From: Pseudobdellovibrionaceae bacterium
Lineage (GTDB): Bacteria; Bdellovibrionota; Bdellovibrionia; Bdellovibrionales; Bdellovibrionaceae
Reading direction: 5' to 3'
Assembly (NCBI GenBank): GCA_041288045.1
Contig: JBGGMM010000119.1
Coordinates: forward strand, 1-24,802
Length of the DNA stretch: 24,802 nt
The translations under genes were made by a program, and so were the position numbers. Numbering within the stretch: position 1 is the stretch's first letter; every line of letters begins with the position of its first letter. This document shows positions 22,726 through 24,802 of the stretch, one piece after another. The notes beneath the pieces are model-generated. The model was not told the origin of the DNA. It was given only the letters and a program-made list of their open reading frames with translations, and did not search any database.

Positions 22726-23878
22726 GACATCGAAGGTTATTTTCCTGGCCTATACCAGTCTTTTTCTGTTGGGCCTCAGCGACAATGTGCGTGGGCCTCT
22801 CTATCCAGAAATTTTGCGTGAATTTTCATTGAACGACACCCAGGGCTCACTGTTCTTTGCGCTGTCTTCAGCATTTGGGATTTTGGGCAGTTACTTCAGC
22901 GGGAAATTGTATTTGAAATGGGGGGCTGTCCGGACCCTTCGCATGTCTTTTTTGATTTTGACTGCAGCCTTCGTGATGATGAGTGTTTCTCCCAGTTTTT
23001 ATTTTCTGCTTCTTGGGGTCGTCTTTTTTGGCTTGAGCCTGGGACTGATGGGGGTCGTGCAAAATGTTTTGATCGTGCAGGAAATCCCGGTAGGGCCTTT
23101 GAAGAATCGCATTCTGTCTGGACTGCATAGCATGTATGCAGCGGCTTCACTTGCGGCCCCGCTTTTGATCCAATTGATTGATGCCTCTCATGGTGAAACT
23201 GCGCTTTGGCGATGGGTCTTTGCCAGTGGTTCTTTTTTTTCGATCAGCATGCTGCTGGCCACCTACGCGGGGCCTCAGCTTGCGGAGTCGACAAAAGCCA
23301 TTCGTAAGGAGCCGCCGCACCCTCATGAAAAATGGGCGCAGATTTATTTTGGAGTGATGCTTGCGACCTATGTGCTTTCAGAGATTTTGGTTTCCACTCG
23401 GTTGGCCCTTTATATGCGCCGGCAGTATGAATCCAATTTGACGGAATCGGTCTGGTACACAGCCTATTTTTTTGTCGGTTTGCTTTTGGGGCGAGTGCTT
23501 TTTTCATTTTGGAGCCCTTCCTTCCGATTGAAGCATCAGACGATGCTCTGTCTGGTTTTGACGATTCTTTCTTTGCTTGTTGGAATTTGGATTCATCCTT
23601 TGGGACTAGCAGCTTCAGGGCTCTTTATGGCGCCCTTTTATCCATTGATGATGTCAGCAGCCGGGCATCTCTTTCCACATTCCATCAGCCAGGCTCTTTC
23701 CTGGGCCATTGCGCTTTCTAGCTTTTTTATTGTGCTCATGCACTTTCTTGTGGGAAGCTTCACCGATCTTTTTGGATTGCAGAAAGCATTTTTACTGGCT
23801 CCCTTTTTTATGGGGGTCTCACTGGTGATGATTGTTTTTTATGAGAAGGTTTTTCGTCGGTTGCAACATTCATTTTGA
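22712..23878 (+). CDS. MFS transporter
   Basis: 388 aa with about 12 hydrophobic helices and a motif-A-like GKLYLKWGAVR. Overlaps the upstream gene by 14 nt. Confidence 0.9.
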   Translation: MNSNKTSKVIFLAYTSLFLLGLSDNVRGPLYPEILREFSLNDTQGSLFFALSSAFGILGSYFSGKLYLKWGAVRTLRMSFLILTAAFVMMSVSPSFYFLLLGVVFFGLSLGLMGVVQNVLIVQEIPVGPLKNRILSGLHSMYAAASLAAPLLIQLIDASHGETALWRWVFASGSFFSISMLLATYAGPQLAESTKAIRKEPPHPHEKWAQIYFGVMLATYVLSEILVSTRLALYMRRQYESNLTESVWYTAYFFVGLLLGRVLFSFWSPSFRLKHQTMLCLVLTILSLLVGIWIHPLGLAASGLFMAPFYPLMMSAAGHLFPHSISQALSWAIALSSFFIVLMHFLVGSFTDLFGLQKAFLLAPFFMGVSLVMIVFYEKVFRRLQHSF

Positions 23879-24802
23879 ATCGGAACTTGAAAAAGAAATC
23901 CGCGAGTTCTGGCCTTACCTGATTGAACTGGATGGCCGACCCCACGCCCATGCTCTGACGATCCTTGAAACTGTGCCTGGTGGGCTTTTGCTTGAAGCCC
24001 CCTTGCACATTGGTCTTCAGATCAATTTCTTTTCAAAACTGGCCAACCGTGTGCTTTTGCGCGTGAAAGAATTCAAAGTGAGGGATTTCCCCAAGCTCTT
24101 TCAAACTCTGCAATCGCTGAAAAAAGATCCACTCTTGCAGAATCTCAAATTCAATTACCAAGTGTCAGCTTCTGAATCCCGACTCAACAATGAGAAAAGA
24201 CTGAAAGAGATCTTGCTTGAAGTCTTCGGCGCTGAAACCGAGGATTCAGAGCAAAGCCTTTTTCTTCGTATGCACCAGGATCTTTGCAGCCTGAGTCTGG
24301 ATAGCACGGGTCTGCATTTACACAAAAGATCACAGCGAACCAGTCAGGGGGCAGCGCCTTTGCGAGAAACCTTGGCTGCTTTCTGTGTTCGTAAGCTGAT
24401 TGGTGATGAGGGAATTGCCTTTTTGCAAAAATTCACTCTGGTGGATCCGATGTGCGGGACTGGGACTTTGCTTCGCGAAGCCGCCACTTTGTATCAGCCC
24501 ACTTTGCGCCATGATTTTTCCTTTCTGCAATGGGCACAGACTCCGAAAATCTTTAAAAGCTCTCAGCTTCGGAACAACTATCCGGAATTTCATCCTCTCT
24601 TTGCTGGTCTCAAAGGTCTTGACCGCGACGAAAAATCTGTCGAGCGGGCCCAGGCCAGTTTGCAGGCACTGGGACATTCGTCTGAGATTTCAAATGAGGA
24701 TCTTTTTAAGACCACTGCCAAATCCGAGAAACTTTGCTGGGTGATTGCAAATCCGCCTTACGGAGAAAGACTCAAGGCCGAGTTCACCCCTCGGGATCTG
24801 CT
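23841..24802 (+). CDS. THUMP-domain RNA methyltransferase, RlmL-like (partial, runs off the window)
   Basis: Manual translation from ATG 23841: MRRFFVGCNIHFESELEKE..ANRVLLR..SLDSTGLHLHKR..APLRETLAA..DPMCGTGT..NPPYGERL. No stop before 24802. Absent from the ORF track. Confidence 0.9.
   Translation, partial: MRRFFVGCNIHFESELEKEIREFWPYLIELDGRPHAHALTILETVPGGLLLEAPLHIGLQINFFSKLANRVLLRVKEFKVRDFPKLFQTLQSLKKDPLLQNLKFNYQVSASESRLNNEKRLKEILLEVFGAETEDSEQSLFLRMHQDLCSLSLDSTGLHLHKRSQRTSQGAAPLRETLAAFCVRKLIGDEGIAFLQKFTLVDPMCGTGTLLREAATLYQPTLRHDFSFLQWAQTPKIFKSSQLRNNYPEFHPLFAGLKGLDRDEKSVERAQASLQALGHSSEISNEDLFKTTAKSEKLCWVIANPPYGERLKAEFTPRDL

Overview
This is a gene-dense chromosomal window of moderate GC. The gene repertoire suggests a Bdellovibrionota (predatory Bdellovibrio-like) bacterium; this is an inference. 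Bases 269-8900 form a signalling cluster: a CheY-like regulator; a PAS-PAS-Hpt-CheA-type kinase with no CheW domain; and a divergent, coupled triad of a membrane HAMP-PP2C phosphatase, an atypical GHKL Ser/Thr kinase and a STAS-like protein (a partner-switching module analogous to SiaABC). The cluster ends with a large REC/DUF4388-MshEN-like/J-like/TPR protein and a stand-alone FliG-C-like protein, with sigma-28-like promoters nearby. This cluster is the best candidate for an undescribed system. The remainder is mostly envelope and housekeeping genes: AAA_28 ATPase, YbhP-like EEP hydrolase, cardiolipin synthase, a likely catalytically dead secreted subtilisin, RNase Z, FabMG enoyl-ACP reductase, a BtuF-like protein, two beta-barrels, waaA, a GT9 transferase, an EF-hand-like lipoprotein, an MFS transporter and a partial RlmL-like methyltransferase missing from the ORF track. 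Two intergenic regions are highly structured. Bases 677-1047 hold a perfect 20-bp inverted repeat and a palindromic heptamer array, and 8958-9074 holds a 55-bp tandem repeat that copies a gene end. No rRNA, tRNA, CRISPR array or transposase was seen. All family calls come from motif recognition by eye; no searches were run.
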